From Okamejei kenojei (lineage: Eukaryota), in assembly GCA_035221665.1 (NCBI GenBank), contig CM069168.1, positions 18,042,001-18,106,000 of the forward strand: a stretch of DNA of 64,000 nucleotides, written 5' to 3'. A model generated the notes under the pieces. That model was not told the origin of the DNA and did no database searches. It worked only from the letters and a program-made list of their open reading frames with translations. Positions 26,731 to 38,757 of the stretch are shown piece after piece (position 1 is the stretch's first letter; each line of letters starts with the position of its first letter). Made by a program: the position numbers and the translations under genes.

Positions 26731-27550
26731 CAGTAGAATCAAAATTGATGAAATATGAGAACTCTTGCCCTAACTTCTCATCGCTAGCAAAAGCACAAAC
26801 ACATGCATAGAAGTGGATGCAATGTTTTGATGTCTCCTTTTTGTGGCTGCTCGATTTGCTGGCTTTGAAGGCCTGGCAAGAGCAGTAGAACTTGTGCTCC
26901 ATAACACCTTTAGTCCTAGTTTTCTCATGGAAGGAAACGTGCAGAAATCCTAAACTGTGCTTCTGGCTTGCTTTGCACTTCACCACCATGATAGTTTTAG
27001 TGATCCGCTGCACCAGGGGCCCACTCGATTCAGTCGCCAAGTTCCAGATAGCCTGCTTTGTTTCAGTGGTCACTTGAAGAGAGTTCAACACAGAACTCTT
27101 AAGCGTATGTGGTGTGGCTTCCATATGACATTCCACGGCAAGCTTAATATGCTGACATTGGTTCTCAGCACCTCCTTGAGAAGATACTTTGAAACACGTG
27201 GGGACCAAGCATCGGCCTGTTATATGGGTAATAATGGTTCCATCCACTGTCTGAATTGCCTCAGTTGTTCCCAGTTCCACAAAGCCTCTGTAGTCAGGTC
27301 CTCGATCTCGAAGTCTCACTGAGTACACCTGCGAAGAAGATCCGGTGACAATGCGGACAGCGTCGATGCTGGGTTGTTGCTTTCGAGCTCCATCTCTGAA
27401 GACAGCACCACAACTTTTGTTCTTGCAGCTCAAACCACGAGTACCATTGAATGTGCCGCACTTTGGGCACTTCTTAATTCCCCGTAGAGTAGGTTTGCCC
27501 AAATCAGCTAAAAAAGCCGGAGTTTTCAACTTGTCTGCATGCTGTTCCAT
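26731..27550 (-). CDS. C2orf42: C2orf42 first coding exon; N-terminal CxxC zinc finger (zf-tcix type) and SWIM-like CxC...CxH
   Basis: [48 protein letters not shown]...; GTAGGT donor at 26730; adjacent to TIA1 as in human. Confidence 0.94.
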
Positions 27551-28419
27551 TTTCTTTATCAGATTAAAACCCTACAAGAGAACAGAGATTAAACTAGGCA
27601 AAGAAAACAAAGTAAGGCCTTAAAATAATTACACTGAGGCACACATATAAATTGGAAAACTGGCCTCCATCAACAATAAGAACTACAATGATGGGGTAGC
27701 TACCAGATACCAGGACAAGCTGATAATGGTTTTATTAAGTAGGAGGATGGTGATGCAAGAGTTCATACAATACATTACAGCTCATGTAGTTTCATGTAAC
27801 TACTATGTACGATACGATCTGCTTCATAGGCGCTAAGCGCCAGAGTTCCTTCCCTAAACCACCTTGCCTTTTGTCTTATTTCTTAAGTTGTTGCTTAAGA
27901 CTTTTCGATCACTTGTCCTGATTTCTTCTCCTTGTGCTGTATCATTTTTAACATGCTTTCTCTGAAATCCCGATTACTGACTGAATTATTGAATGAAACA
28001 TCCTGGTGGTCTTGGAGGGTGCAATATAAATACAAGTTCCTTTTTCTTTCACATCCTCCCATCCTTCACATACAAACTGAATATCACAGTAAATCTAATA
28101 TTTTATGCCTTTCACATTTCCAATATTTTTAAAGTTAAACACCATGAAATGTGCATTTTAAAAAAATCAGCTAATGTATCACATTTTCTAGTGTAAATAT
28201 TTGTAATTAATATTGCTAAGCCATGCCATTAAACTTCATTAGCAACGTGAAATAGTGGTCTCCACCAGTAAGTAGGTTGTATTAAACAAGCACAACAGAA
28301 ATGTTTGGAATAGTGTTTAAAACTAAAGGATCTTTACTTATCACCTTTCACGGTCTTGAAACAACCTATAAGGTAGCCACTCCAGCTTTTTATTAAAAAC
28401 ATTTACTCAATAATGATGA

Positions 28420-29130
28420 GCAACACCTAACATGCTCTGTACTATTTTTATATGTCTAGTCTCCCTCTCCTCTGCTTCATTCTGAAGAAGGGTCTCGACC
28501 TGAACCATCACCCATTCCTTCTCTCCACAGATACTGCCTGACCCACTGAGTAACTCCAGCATTTTGTGTTTGTCTGCTTTGATTTGTCGTTTACACACCT
28601 AACATGCTTTGTACCATTTCTGTGTCTCTAGTCTCCCACTCCTGTGATTTAGTCTGAAAAAGAGTCTGGAGCCAAACCATCTGCTCTCCACAGATGCTGC
28701 CTGACCCACTGAGTAACTCCAGCAGTTTGTGTCTGTCTGTTTTGATTTGTCATTTTCACACCTTACATACTCTTTGTACTATTTTGGTGTCTCTCGTCTC
28801 CCTCTCCTAGGATTCAAAGGTCAGTTTATTATCACATTAAAGGACAGTGAAATTCGATGCAGTCTGAAGAAGAGTCTGGAGCCGAACCAACACATTCCTT
28901 CTCTCCACAGATGCTGCCTGACTGACCCACTGAGCAACTCCACCACTTTGTGTTTGTCTGCTTTATTTTGTCGTTAACACACCTAACATGCTCTTTGTAC
29001 CATTTCTGTGTCTCTATAGTCTCCCTCTCCTCTGATTCACAGTCTGAAGAAGAGTCTGGAGCCGAACCAACACATTGCTTCTCTCCACAGATGCTGCCTG
29101 ACTGACCCACTGAGCAACTCCAGCACTTTC
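28420..29130 (+). repeat. Tandem array, 4 units of ~165-220 bp derived from the Penelope terminal repeat
   Basis: Unit starts ACACCTAACATGCT-like at ~28423, 28594, 28757, 28978. Confidence 0.85.
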
Positions 29131-29555
29131 AGTCGAGCTGAGTGACCCGCCTCCGTCGGGTTCTGATTGGCCCGGAGCCCGGGCGGGACCGGAAACCCGC
29201 GATCTGATTGGTGATGCCGGTTGTCAATCATCCCCGGCTGGGGGGGGGATGTGGGTGCGCACCCCCAGCAGAGCCTTGGTGGCGGCGCCGTGTCACTCGG
29301 GGCGCCGTCCGCCAACACAATCACATTTACAATAAAGTACGCGTACCTTTCTGTGGAGATGGTTTAGCCTTCCCTCCCCCTTTTCTTCCATGTAAACGCC
29401 CGGTCAGAGCCGGGCTCCCCTCAGACGCGCCGCCATTTCGCCTTACAAAACCCGCTCGGCGCTGCGCTGTAACGGCAGCTGCGATTGGCTGCCCGTGGTC
29501 ACCTGGGCTCAGCCCGCCCCCAGTGCCTTCTGGGACATGTAGTCCCCATCTCTGG
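29130..29555 (-). promoter_or_regulatory. C2orf42 CpG-island promoter: YY1-like CGCCATTT, CCAAT boxes, GC box, ZNF143/SBS site
   Basis: CGCCATTT ~29431; GATTGG at ~29165, 29206, 29483; GGACTACATGTCCCAGAAGGC on minus strand 29545-29525. Confidence 0.7.
29347..29440 (-). other. C2orf42: C2orf42 non-coding first exon (5' end approximate)
   Basis: AAG|GTACGC donor at 29347/29346 in CpG island; next exon acceptor at 27571. Confidence 0.65.
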
Positions 29556-29705
29556 GGTACACAAAATGCTGGAGAAACTCAGTGGGTGCAGCAGCATCTA
29601 AGGAGCGAAGGAGATATAGGCGACGTTTCGGGCCGAAACCCTTCTTCTGACCCATCACTGTTCTCAGCCCGCCCCCAGTGCCTTCTGGGACATGTAGTCC
29701 CTATC

Positions 29706-30300
29706 TTTGCTGATCTATATCGGTGAGACCAAGCGGAGGCTTGGCGATCGTTTCGCCGAACACCTCCGCTCGGTCCGCATTAACCAACCCGACCTCCCGG
29801 TGGCTCAGCACTTCAACTCCCCCTCCCATTCCGTATCCGACCTCTCTGTCCTGGGCCTCCTCCATGGCCAGAGTGAGCAACACCGCAAGCTGGAGGAACA
29901 GCACCTCATATTCCGCTTGGGGAGTCTGCATCCTCTGGGCTTGAACATTGAATTTACTCAATTCTGTTAACCCTTGCTGTCTCCTCCCCTTCCCACCTCT
30001 CCCTCAGCCCTCGGGCCCTGGCATTCCCTCTCTCTCTATTTCCCTCCCCCACCCTAGTCGCACTAGCTTCTCATTTTCACACCACAAACAGTTTACAATG
30101 GCTTTATCCCTTTATCATCGATACTTTTTTGCATATCTTTCATTCATTGTTTTTTATCTCTCCACATCACCGTCTATATATCTCTCGTTTCCCTGATCCC
30201 TGACCAGTCTGAAGAAGGGTCTCGAACCGGAACGTCGCGTATCTCCTTCGCTCCTTAAATGCTGCTGCACCCGCTGAGTTTCTCCAGCCTTTTGTGTACC
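29706..30300 (+). mobile_element. Penelope-like element 3' part: GIY-YIG endonuclease C-terminus plus terminal repeat
   Basis: ORF LIYIGETKRRLGDRFAEHLRSV...LEEQHLIFRLGSLHPLGLNIEF; flanked by TAGTCCCTATC direct repeat (29695, 30302). Confidence 0.88.
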
Positions 30301-30849
30301 CTAGTCCCTATCCTTGTTGGGCTCATCCCGACCCCCGGTGCCTTCTGGGGCATGTAGTCCACATCTTTGTGTTAAAGAAGGAACTGCAGATGCTGGAAAA
30401 TCGAGTGTACACAAAATGCTGGAGAAACTCAGCGGGTGCAGCAGTATCTATGGAGTGAAAAAGATAGGCAACGTTTCGGGCCGAAACCCTTCTTCAGACC
30501 CATCTCTGTTGGGGTCAGCCCGTCCCCCAGCTCCTTCTGGGACATGTAGTCCCCATCTCTGTTGGATCAAGTGAAGATCCCACACCCTGGTTCTCCAACT
30601 AGTTTCACTGTCCATAAGATAAATACAGTCCATAATAGTAGGTCTATCTTCAGTGAAAACCAGCATCTGCAGTTCCTCACACTACACGTTTCACTGTCCA
30701 TAAGATAGACAGTAAGACACTGTCCATACGATTAGTCTATCTTTGGTGTAAACCAGCATCTGCAGTTCCTTCCAACACACTACTAGTTTCACTGTCCGTA
30801 AAATAGACACTGTCCATAAGATCATTTATCTTTGGTGTAAAACAGCATC

Positions 30850-31415
30850 TCGGCTTCTACTCGCTAGAATTTAGAAGATTGAGGGGAATCTTATAGAAAC
30901 TTCTTGCGATAGAGGGAGTACAGAGAAGGTTCACCAGACTGATTCCTGGGATGTCAATCATCATATGTCCATATGAAGAAAGACTGTATAGACTCAGCTT
31001 GTACTCGCTGGAATTTAGGAGATTGAGGGAGGAATCATATAGAGGCTTACAAAATTCTTAAGGGGTTGGACAGGCTAGATGCAGGAAGATTGTTCCCGAT
31101 GTTGGGGAAGTCCAGAACATGGGGTCACAGTTTAACGATAAGGGTGAAATCTTTTACGACCGAGATGAGAAAAACATTTTTCACACAGAGAGTGGTGAGT
31201 CTCTGGAATTCTCTGCCACATAAGGTAGTTGAGGCCAGTTCATTGGCTATATTTAAGTGGGAGTTAGATGTGGCCCTTGTGGCTAGAGGGATCAGCGGGT
31301 ATGGAGAGAAGGCAGGTACGGGATACTGAGTTGGATGATCGCCATGATCATATTGAATGCGGTGCAGGCTCAAAGGGCTGAATGGCCTACTCCTGCATCT
31401 ATTTTCTATGTTTCT
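30850..31415 (+). mobile_element. CR1-clade LINE 3' fragment
   Basis: DRLDAGRLFPMLGKSRT.GHSL...FFTQRVVSLWNSLP. Confidence 0.85.
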
Positions 31416-31504
31416 ATCTTCAGTCCCTCCTTACGCACTATTAGTTTTACTATCCATAAGATAAGACACTGTCCATAAGATAGTCTATCTTTGGTGTAGA
31501 GGTC

Positions 31505-32070
31505 CTTCTCAGTTGTACAGGGCCCAAGTGAGGCCACACCTGGGGTATTGTGTGCAGTTTTGGTCTCCAAATTTGAGGAAGGACATTCTTGCAATTGAGG
31601 GAGTGCAGCGTAGGTTCACAAGGTTAATTCCCAGGATGGCAGGGCTGTCATATATTGATAGAATGGAGCGGCTGGGGTTGTATACTCTGGAATTTAGAAG
31701 GATGAGAGGGGAACTTATTGAAACATAAGATTATTAAGGGTTTGGACACGCTAGAGGCAGGAAACATATTCCCGATGTTGAGGGAGTCCAGAACCAGGGA
31801 CTACAGTTTAAGAATAAGGGGTAGGCCATTTAGAATGGAGATGAGGAAAAATTATATCACAGAGTTGTGAGTCTGTGGAATTCTCTGCCTCAGAGGGCAG
31901 TGGTCTGGATGCTTTCAAGAGTTAAGTAGAGCTCTTGAAGATAGTGGAGTCAAGGGATAATGGGGAGAAGGCAGGAATGGGGTACTGATTGTGGATGATC
32001 GGACATGATCACATTGAATGGCGGTGCTGGTTCAAAGGGCCGAATGGCCTACCCCTACATCTATTGTCTA
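31505..32070 (+). mobile_element. CR1-clade LINE 3' fragment
   Basis: YRAQVRPHLGYCVQFWSPNLRKDILAIEGVQRRFTRLIP. Confidence 0.85.
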
Positions 32071-32345
32071 AACCAGCATTGCAGTTCCTTCCGACACACT
32101 GGGTTCACCATCCTCCTGACTAATTTTACTGTTTATATGCCTGGTTGTCAACTTCCCCATAGCCAGCAATGAACCATTCTACATTTATCTGAATGTCTGC
32201 TTTGGTCTCGACCCGAAACATCACCCATTCTTTCTCTCCGGAGATGCTACCTGTCCCGCTGAGTTACTCCAGCATTTTGTGTTTATCTTCAGCATAAGCC
32301 AGCATGTGTAGTTCCTCCCTACACTAGTGAAGACTTTATACTGAC

Positions 32346-32365
32346 ACTACATTTCCCAGAATGCA
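32346..32365 (+). promoter_or_regulatory. Consensus ZNF143/THAP11 (SBS) site ACTACATTTCCCAGAATGCA
   Basis: Direct match to ACTACAnnTCCCAnnnnGC consensus. Confidence 0.6.
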
Positions 32366-32479
32366 AATGCTCCACACTCCCTTCTTTCAAAGTAAGTCCC
32401 AAGTTCAATTGCCAATTATGACCGTGGCTGAATAGTTAAATGTCGTGAGAAATGACATTACAATCTTCATAGGAAAATA

Positions 32480-35400
32480 TTGAATAGATGTTTGCACACT
32501 TTATTTCAAAATGTGCTTTAACTCTGAGGGAGCTTCATTTGCACATTTTATTCAAATGAAAGACAACATCAATAACATTTGAAAGACTAAAGATGTTTAA
32601 ATCTTGAGGGGGGAAAAACCCTGGTGGAAATCAGGCAGCATCTGGGGAGGAAAATGGACAGTATTTAGAAGGGTCCCAACCCAAAGCATGGTTTGTTTCG
32701 TTTTCCTCCACAGATAGCGCCCGACTTGCTGATTTCCTTCAGCTTTTATCTTTTGAATAAAATGTTAGAGTAATAAGAAGCAGTGGATACAGGTACCTTC
32801 TGCAGTGCAGCCACGGGAACATTTTATTTTACACTCAAGTCCAAAGTCAGCAGTGACTGGGGACAATATGACTCTGCCTCCAAAGTTAATATGAATGAGG
32901 GTTTGCAACCATTCAACACAGCTGCGCATCCCAGAAAGGAGTCCTTGCGTGCTTTTTAGCTGGAAAAATGGAAAGGACAGCTGCCGCAGTGAGCATAACT
33001 CAAGTATTGCTGCACTTTAAAAATATATATTTCTAGCACTCCAGCCCTATTTAAAGACTGCGACTCTAGATATCTATGTCCTTCCACTTCAAAGATTTTA
33101 ACTTTTGTAAGGCTCAAGATAGTTTTTCCAATTACCCAGTAAAACTCTGTGACATGAAAATAACATTGTTTCAGAGCTTCAAGAAACATTGCTATAATTC
33201 ATTCCAATTTATGCTATGTAATTCATAATACCATAACTCTACCATTAGTATTATTTGTTGACATCATATGGTCAAAACTGATCCACATCAACATGTCCAC
33301 AAAGGCAAAAGGTGGTGAATTTGAGAATGCGTTTGTATTAAAAAATATTGTTATCAATTGTACTCATCCATATATTTATCAATGCTTGCTATATTGAATC
33401 TGATTCACTATTGTTTGACATAATACTGTGGATTGAGAGTGGGCTAAAGGGAACTGGAATGTCCCTGGACTGAGTGAACAATCTCTGTGAAAGATAGTAC
33501 ATTAATGCAGGCTGAAAGCATTCTCATCCGAGTAATAATTACAACAAAACTGTTGCTGTTGACTAGTGTGTAATGCACTTTTCTGCTATCAAGACTGTTA
33601 ATTTGCATTCACTTCTTGTATCAAAGCCATTGAAGCCATGACCATTTTAGCTACAATCAAGTGCATTTGGATTATTAAAGATAATGATCAAATAGAAATC
33701 TATTGTAGCCGATAAACAGAATGATATGAACAGTTCAATACGATGGCCCAATGACCGTTTTATTTATTGACCATTAATAACTGCTACAGTTTTAATACCA
33801 ACAAGGCCGTGCAGTTAACAAACCCAAATGCAAGTCAATTGGTCCTTCACAAACCTAGTTCATGTGATTTTTGCCTGGAATAGATATCCCCTGAGGTGAA
33901 GTTTTTATTTTAATGCTGATGTAGTTTAAACAGAAAAGAGAGACTTTATCCCTTTGTGGCCTGTTTAGCCTGCATTTATTCTCAACTTCGATCTGAAAAC
34001 CCGCTTACCCATCTGCTGCTCATTCCACGGTGCCCGAAGCTACACATTAGTCTGTCACCCATTCCAATGATAACCAGGGAAGCTGCTGGACATAAATATT
34101 CTACAATTCTCACCGCACCACCCCCCCCCCCCCCACCCCCTCCAAGAATACAGCATTAAATCTGCAAAAGGTGCAAAAAAGGTCCCATCCCATGATCAGT
34201 ATCACTTCTTGCACTCCTTGGCAGATGGGACCATTGCAAGTGGAGATAAATTTAGGGGAGGGGGGGGGGGGGGGTGCACGTGGGCTGAGGAAGGACCTAA
34301 AATGAGCACATGAAATTGAAAAATTTCTAACACCTTGGAAAGATCTCTGTTCGATTTGTTTCAACTGCTTCAACATTCAATGAACTTTAATACAGGCAAA
34401 GACAAAAATAGTCAAAAGTTCCACATCAAAAATTTAACCAAATGAAAGCATAGGATTAACAGAATTTGACTTTGTATTTTTCAAGTGCCAGCCCTTGTAT
34501 GTTAACAAAATGAATAGTTTCCAGCGCTTTCTAAATTAGGATTTAAAAAATAAAAGGATCCAGCAGTTCTGTATGGTTAATCTGCAGTGTATCACACCAC
34601 TCCAACAACAATTTACTTGAACTCCTGGGGCTGTGCCAACAAGCTTTGCATTTTGATAACTAAATGCTATATTAGAAAAAAAACTTGCAATTCCAACAGA
34701 TTTAAAAAATCATTAACACATTTAAAGGTACATACAATTATTCTGGCAAAAATTTGCAAACATATCATCATGGGGCATGTCACTGACGGCCCAGTTACTA
34801 TTTCTGTCCAACCAATACACAGGCAAGTCGTTATGTGAACATATTTTAAAGAGGAAACATTTTCACATTCGATTTAATGCGGCAACCGTTTGTATTCTAC
34901 CGACGAGGATCAGAATTACCAAATCCTGTATGTACACTGTACCAACCAGCCATTTACCAATTGATTTATTGCCAAGTCAGTGGTCTCTAGTTTCATCAAT
35001 TAGAATGTTTACATCAGTAGAATTGGCACAGCCTTATTTGATCCAGAAGCCCAGGCAAACGTGACAATCACATTAAGACGATATTGAAGAAAGCTTGTGA
35101 GGTTGGCAGTCTCTCAGTTTGGTGACTGCAGGAAATTTCAACTGGAAGGCCTTCCAGGACATTGTGCTGCCTGGGAGACAATTGGTGGAAAACACACATT
35201 TTCCCCCGGAAACCTAGGAAAGAGCATTTGAAAAACCAATGTACAACTGATATGCAATAAAATACATTTACAGTTCCTCTTATGCATATGTAGTCAATAT
35301 TGCGAGCATAGTTGATCATTTACACTAGAATATACTACATTCTGAATACCCTCCGAAGAGACACGTCAAGAGATTTTATCTTTTTAAAAATTACTTATTT

Positions 35401-36969
35401 GTTTCTGAGGTGCTTCAAATAGTGACTTAGCCAAGAACCGACAAAACATATCAACTGTGGCAGACGGGCTTGTTGCATGGCGTGGGCATCCCTGCCCATG
35501 GAACAGAACCCACAACTACCAGCTGAAGAAGCCAGTGGTGCAATTGCCATACTGGCATATCACTGGCAATATTTAAATTTTACCTCCCACAACAACATTT
35601 CCCCCCCCCCCCCCCCCCCCCCCCCTCCTCTTCTCTCCCAATTACCATTCATGGCTAAAATGGCTTTCATTTTAGGGAAAGATGCAGAACGAACTCCAGT
35701 AATAAAATGTAGCCTCAAGTCACTGCAGCGACAACTGCCTGAAGTGTTTGCAACATGACAGTCGTCAAGCAGGACAGTGAAATGATTCCCACCATCAGCC
35801 TCTTGAAATCATTAAAAACACACCAAGAGAAAACAAAAGTAGAATTGCCATATGTTGACGGTGGAGGTTGTGAATATTTTAATCTTACATGCATATTGCA
35901 TTTTGGGGGTGGGGGGGGGACAGGTATCAACCACATTTCTGAGTGCACCAGGATTTTCCTCGTCCTGGTTCCTTGTGCACCCGCCACCTTCAATCAAACA
36001 TCACTTGGCAGAAATGCTGCTAGTTTTATTTTACCACTGAATGCAATATAAAAAAATATGAACGAGTATTAATTTTAAAATGGAATCTCATATTCAGGTT
36101 TTGGAAGTGAACCGATATGCTCGTCTTCACATCTGGAAATTTCAGTTTTAACCAACTCCTGAGGAAATGGTCGTGCAGTGTCAAGTGTAATACTATGGTT
36201 ATTTGCACTATTGAGATCAGGGAATGATGTTCCCAGAAGATGGATGCTTCAGAGATATTAGAGCAGCCCATATCCAAGTCAATACCCAGAAGTGCTTTCG
36301 CTATCACACCACTATGTTTTGTACTTGGTTTCTTTAATCAAATGATTAAAACACTACTTCAAAATAACGAAACACAGAAATAAACATCTAACTGTAGTAT
36401 TTCATTGCTTTAAACTATGCCGTGTACATGCTGAGAGCTCAAGGGACTCTCATTTTTCATGTTCTGATGGATCATAATATCTTTGAACACCTCCTACATT
36501 TACAAAGCATGGCCTTGTACAATAGAAATGTGGAAAACAGGATTATTTAATTTTACAGTTTGAAATCAAATTTGTGGAATGCAAAACTAAACTGCCCAGT
36601 GTCTGTATAAAAACACAGCATCTAATATTGTGCAATTTGTCTGCCTCATTTTATAAAAGCGGCAGCATTATGTAGAAATCCCTGCTTTTATGTATTCTCT
36701 CCAATGGCTATAGGAAATAGATTGGAATTTTTTTAAACACTGGACATAAAAATTGGCAGACATCCAGCATCTTTAGACAGAAGCTTGGATGAGGCAGATT
36801 TCCATGATTTCTAAAAATGAATTACTTTCCTTTTAAAATAAATACATTGCAGTTGACATCTTTCATTGATCTAGCTTTGAAAAAAAAATATTTAAGTAAA
36901 CAAAGGCTTGACGTGTCCGCTGTGGCAGGAAACCACTGGCTATAGGTAGGAAGAGAGAGTCCTTTCTGC
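32480..36969 (-). other. TIA1: TIA1 long AU-rich 3'UTR (distal end approximate)
   Basis: Largely repeat-poor stretch after the stop; minus-strand AATAAA at 33909-33904, 32552-32547, 32505-32500. Confidence 0.6.
32500..32505 (-). terminator. Candidate distal poly(A) signal of TIA1
   Basis: Last minus-strand AATAAA before the repeat block. Confidence 0.45.
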
Positions 36970-37093
36970 TCACTGGGTTTGGTAGCCTGCCATGCCAAAT
37001 CCTGCTTGGTTGGTTATCACACTGGGACTTTGACCTTGTGGGGGCTGGACTCCGTAGTTAGCACCCATCCATGCAGCAGTGGGCGGTGTCTGA
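36970..37093 (-). CDS. TIA1: TIA1 last coding exon ([40 protein letters not shown])
   Basis: TTTTGTCTTGCAG acceptor; TGA at 36972-36970; spliced CDS 1137 nt = 378 aa. Confidence 0.95.
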
Positions 37094-37743
37094 CTGCAAG
37101 ACAAAAGGTGGAGACAAAGCACTGGAGTGAGGTATCAGTAAATAACCAGTGTTACACATTAAATAGAACCAAAACAGGACCACCAACTCTTCCAAAACTC
37201 AGTGCTAAGATACATAGCTTGGATAAACAACTATCTTTTCTCGTCCAAGTAATTTTAATTAGTGAACAGCTGAATCCCCAATGCAGATGTTATCCACAAA
37301 AAAAAACATAAACAGAATGGCAAATGGCTCATTCTGTTCATAGTTTTGAGACAAAAATATTCTGATCAGTTTATTCTTTAGATTCTCCCCCCCCCACACA
37401 ATGCACAAGTTGCCAGTGTTCTAAAGGCCACCTTTGGCAAGCAGAAAAGTAGACTTCATTAAAAGACAGGGGCTCAGAAAGATACCATTCTGTCATGCAG
37501 TAAACTGACATTCCATCACCAAGTTAACATTCCTTTTTCTCAACAGGCAAACCGATTCCCACAAACCCTTCAATACAACTTGATCTGGCACATAACAGTC
37601 TGAAGAAGGGTCTCGCCCGAAACGCCACCCATTCCTTCTATCCAGAGATGCTGCCTGTCCCGCTGAGTTACTCCAGCATCTTGTGTTTATCTGGCACATA
37701 ATAATCTATTTCAACACAGAAGAAATAAAAAATGTTCTCTTAC

Positions 37744-37895
37744 TCCATTCTGAATCCTTGTTGATTCCAGGTTTGCCCATAAACTCCATAAGGTGGCATT
37801 TGCCAGCCATTAGGCATATACTGTCCAAACTGTTGAGTGTTTCCATACCACTGGCCAAACTGGCTCCAAGGTTGAGGATAGCCCATTTGATTTTG
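37744..37895 (-). CDS. TIA1: TIA1 exon 12, Q/G/Y/W-rich prion-like domain ([50 protein letters not shown])
   Basis: 152 nt, canonical sites, ends phase 2. Confidence 0.95.
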
Positions 37896-38633
37896 CTAAA
37901 ACAAAAGACAAATAAAAGGGAAGGGGTTAAGAAAGATAGCAAGAATGTTTTGTCAAAACTTTCCAATAACTACATTATGTGTTTATAATATATTTTCTGG
38001 AACATGCAATAGATTATGTCATATTGCCAGGTTTAGCTTGGCCAGTACACATTAACAATGTTTCAATTTTAAACCCCCCCAATATTATACTTAATTTTAG
38101 TGAGCACTGCTTCTGTTCAAGTCAGTTCATACTGTGTCCCATCATGTCACTGAACCAGCCTTTGGATAGCACAAGCTGCTGTATGTCATGGATACAAAAA
38201 TAATGCTTATCTGGATAAACTGTATTACAGTAATTATGTACTTAATTCCCGTGTCTCCCTACCCTTACTTTTTCTAACTATGATCTATTTCCAACGTTGT
38301 TTTTGACATTTTCACCCCGCTCAGATGAAAACCGTCCGTTTCAAGCAATTCAAGGCTGAAGAATTTGAACAATTAACCGTTTGCCTCCGCCACAATCACC
38401 TTTCTCATTGATCCACACTTAACGATGTTTTATCCAGTAATCTTCCACTAATCAAAATCAATGTTACTGGACAAGATTATAATGCAGTTTTAACCTGGTT
38501 TTACTGCTGTCATCCAAATTAGAAATATCCAAACTGATATGATTAGAGATTGTTTTCAGAAAAAATATTCAATGTCAGACATTATATCACCTTTCAAGAA
38601 TAATCAGAGAGAAAAAGAATGATCTGAACTCAC

Positions 38634-38757
38634 TTGTTGGAACTGTCCCATGCCATCGGGTGTTTCTTTGCCCCAGTAACATTTGACAATGTGCCCTTCT
38701 ATGGTAGTTCCATTGACTGAGACGATCGCATGTGCAGCACTTTCATGCGATGAAAAA
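38634..38757 (-). CDS. TIA1: TIA1 exon 11 ([41 protein letters not shown])
   Basis: 124 nt, GTGAGT donor. Confidence 0.96.
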
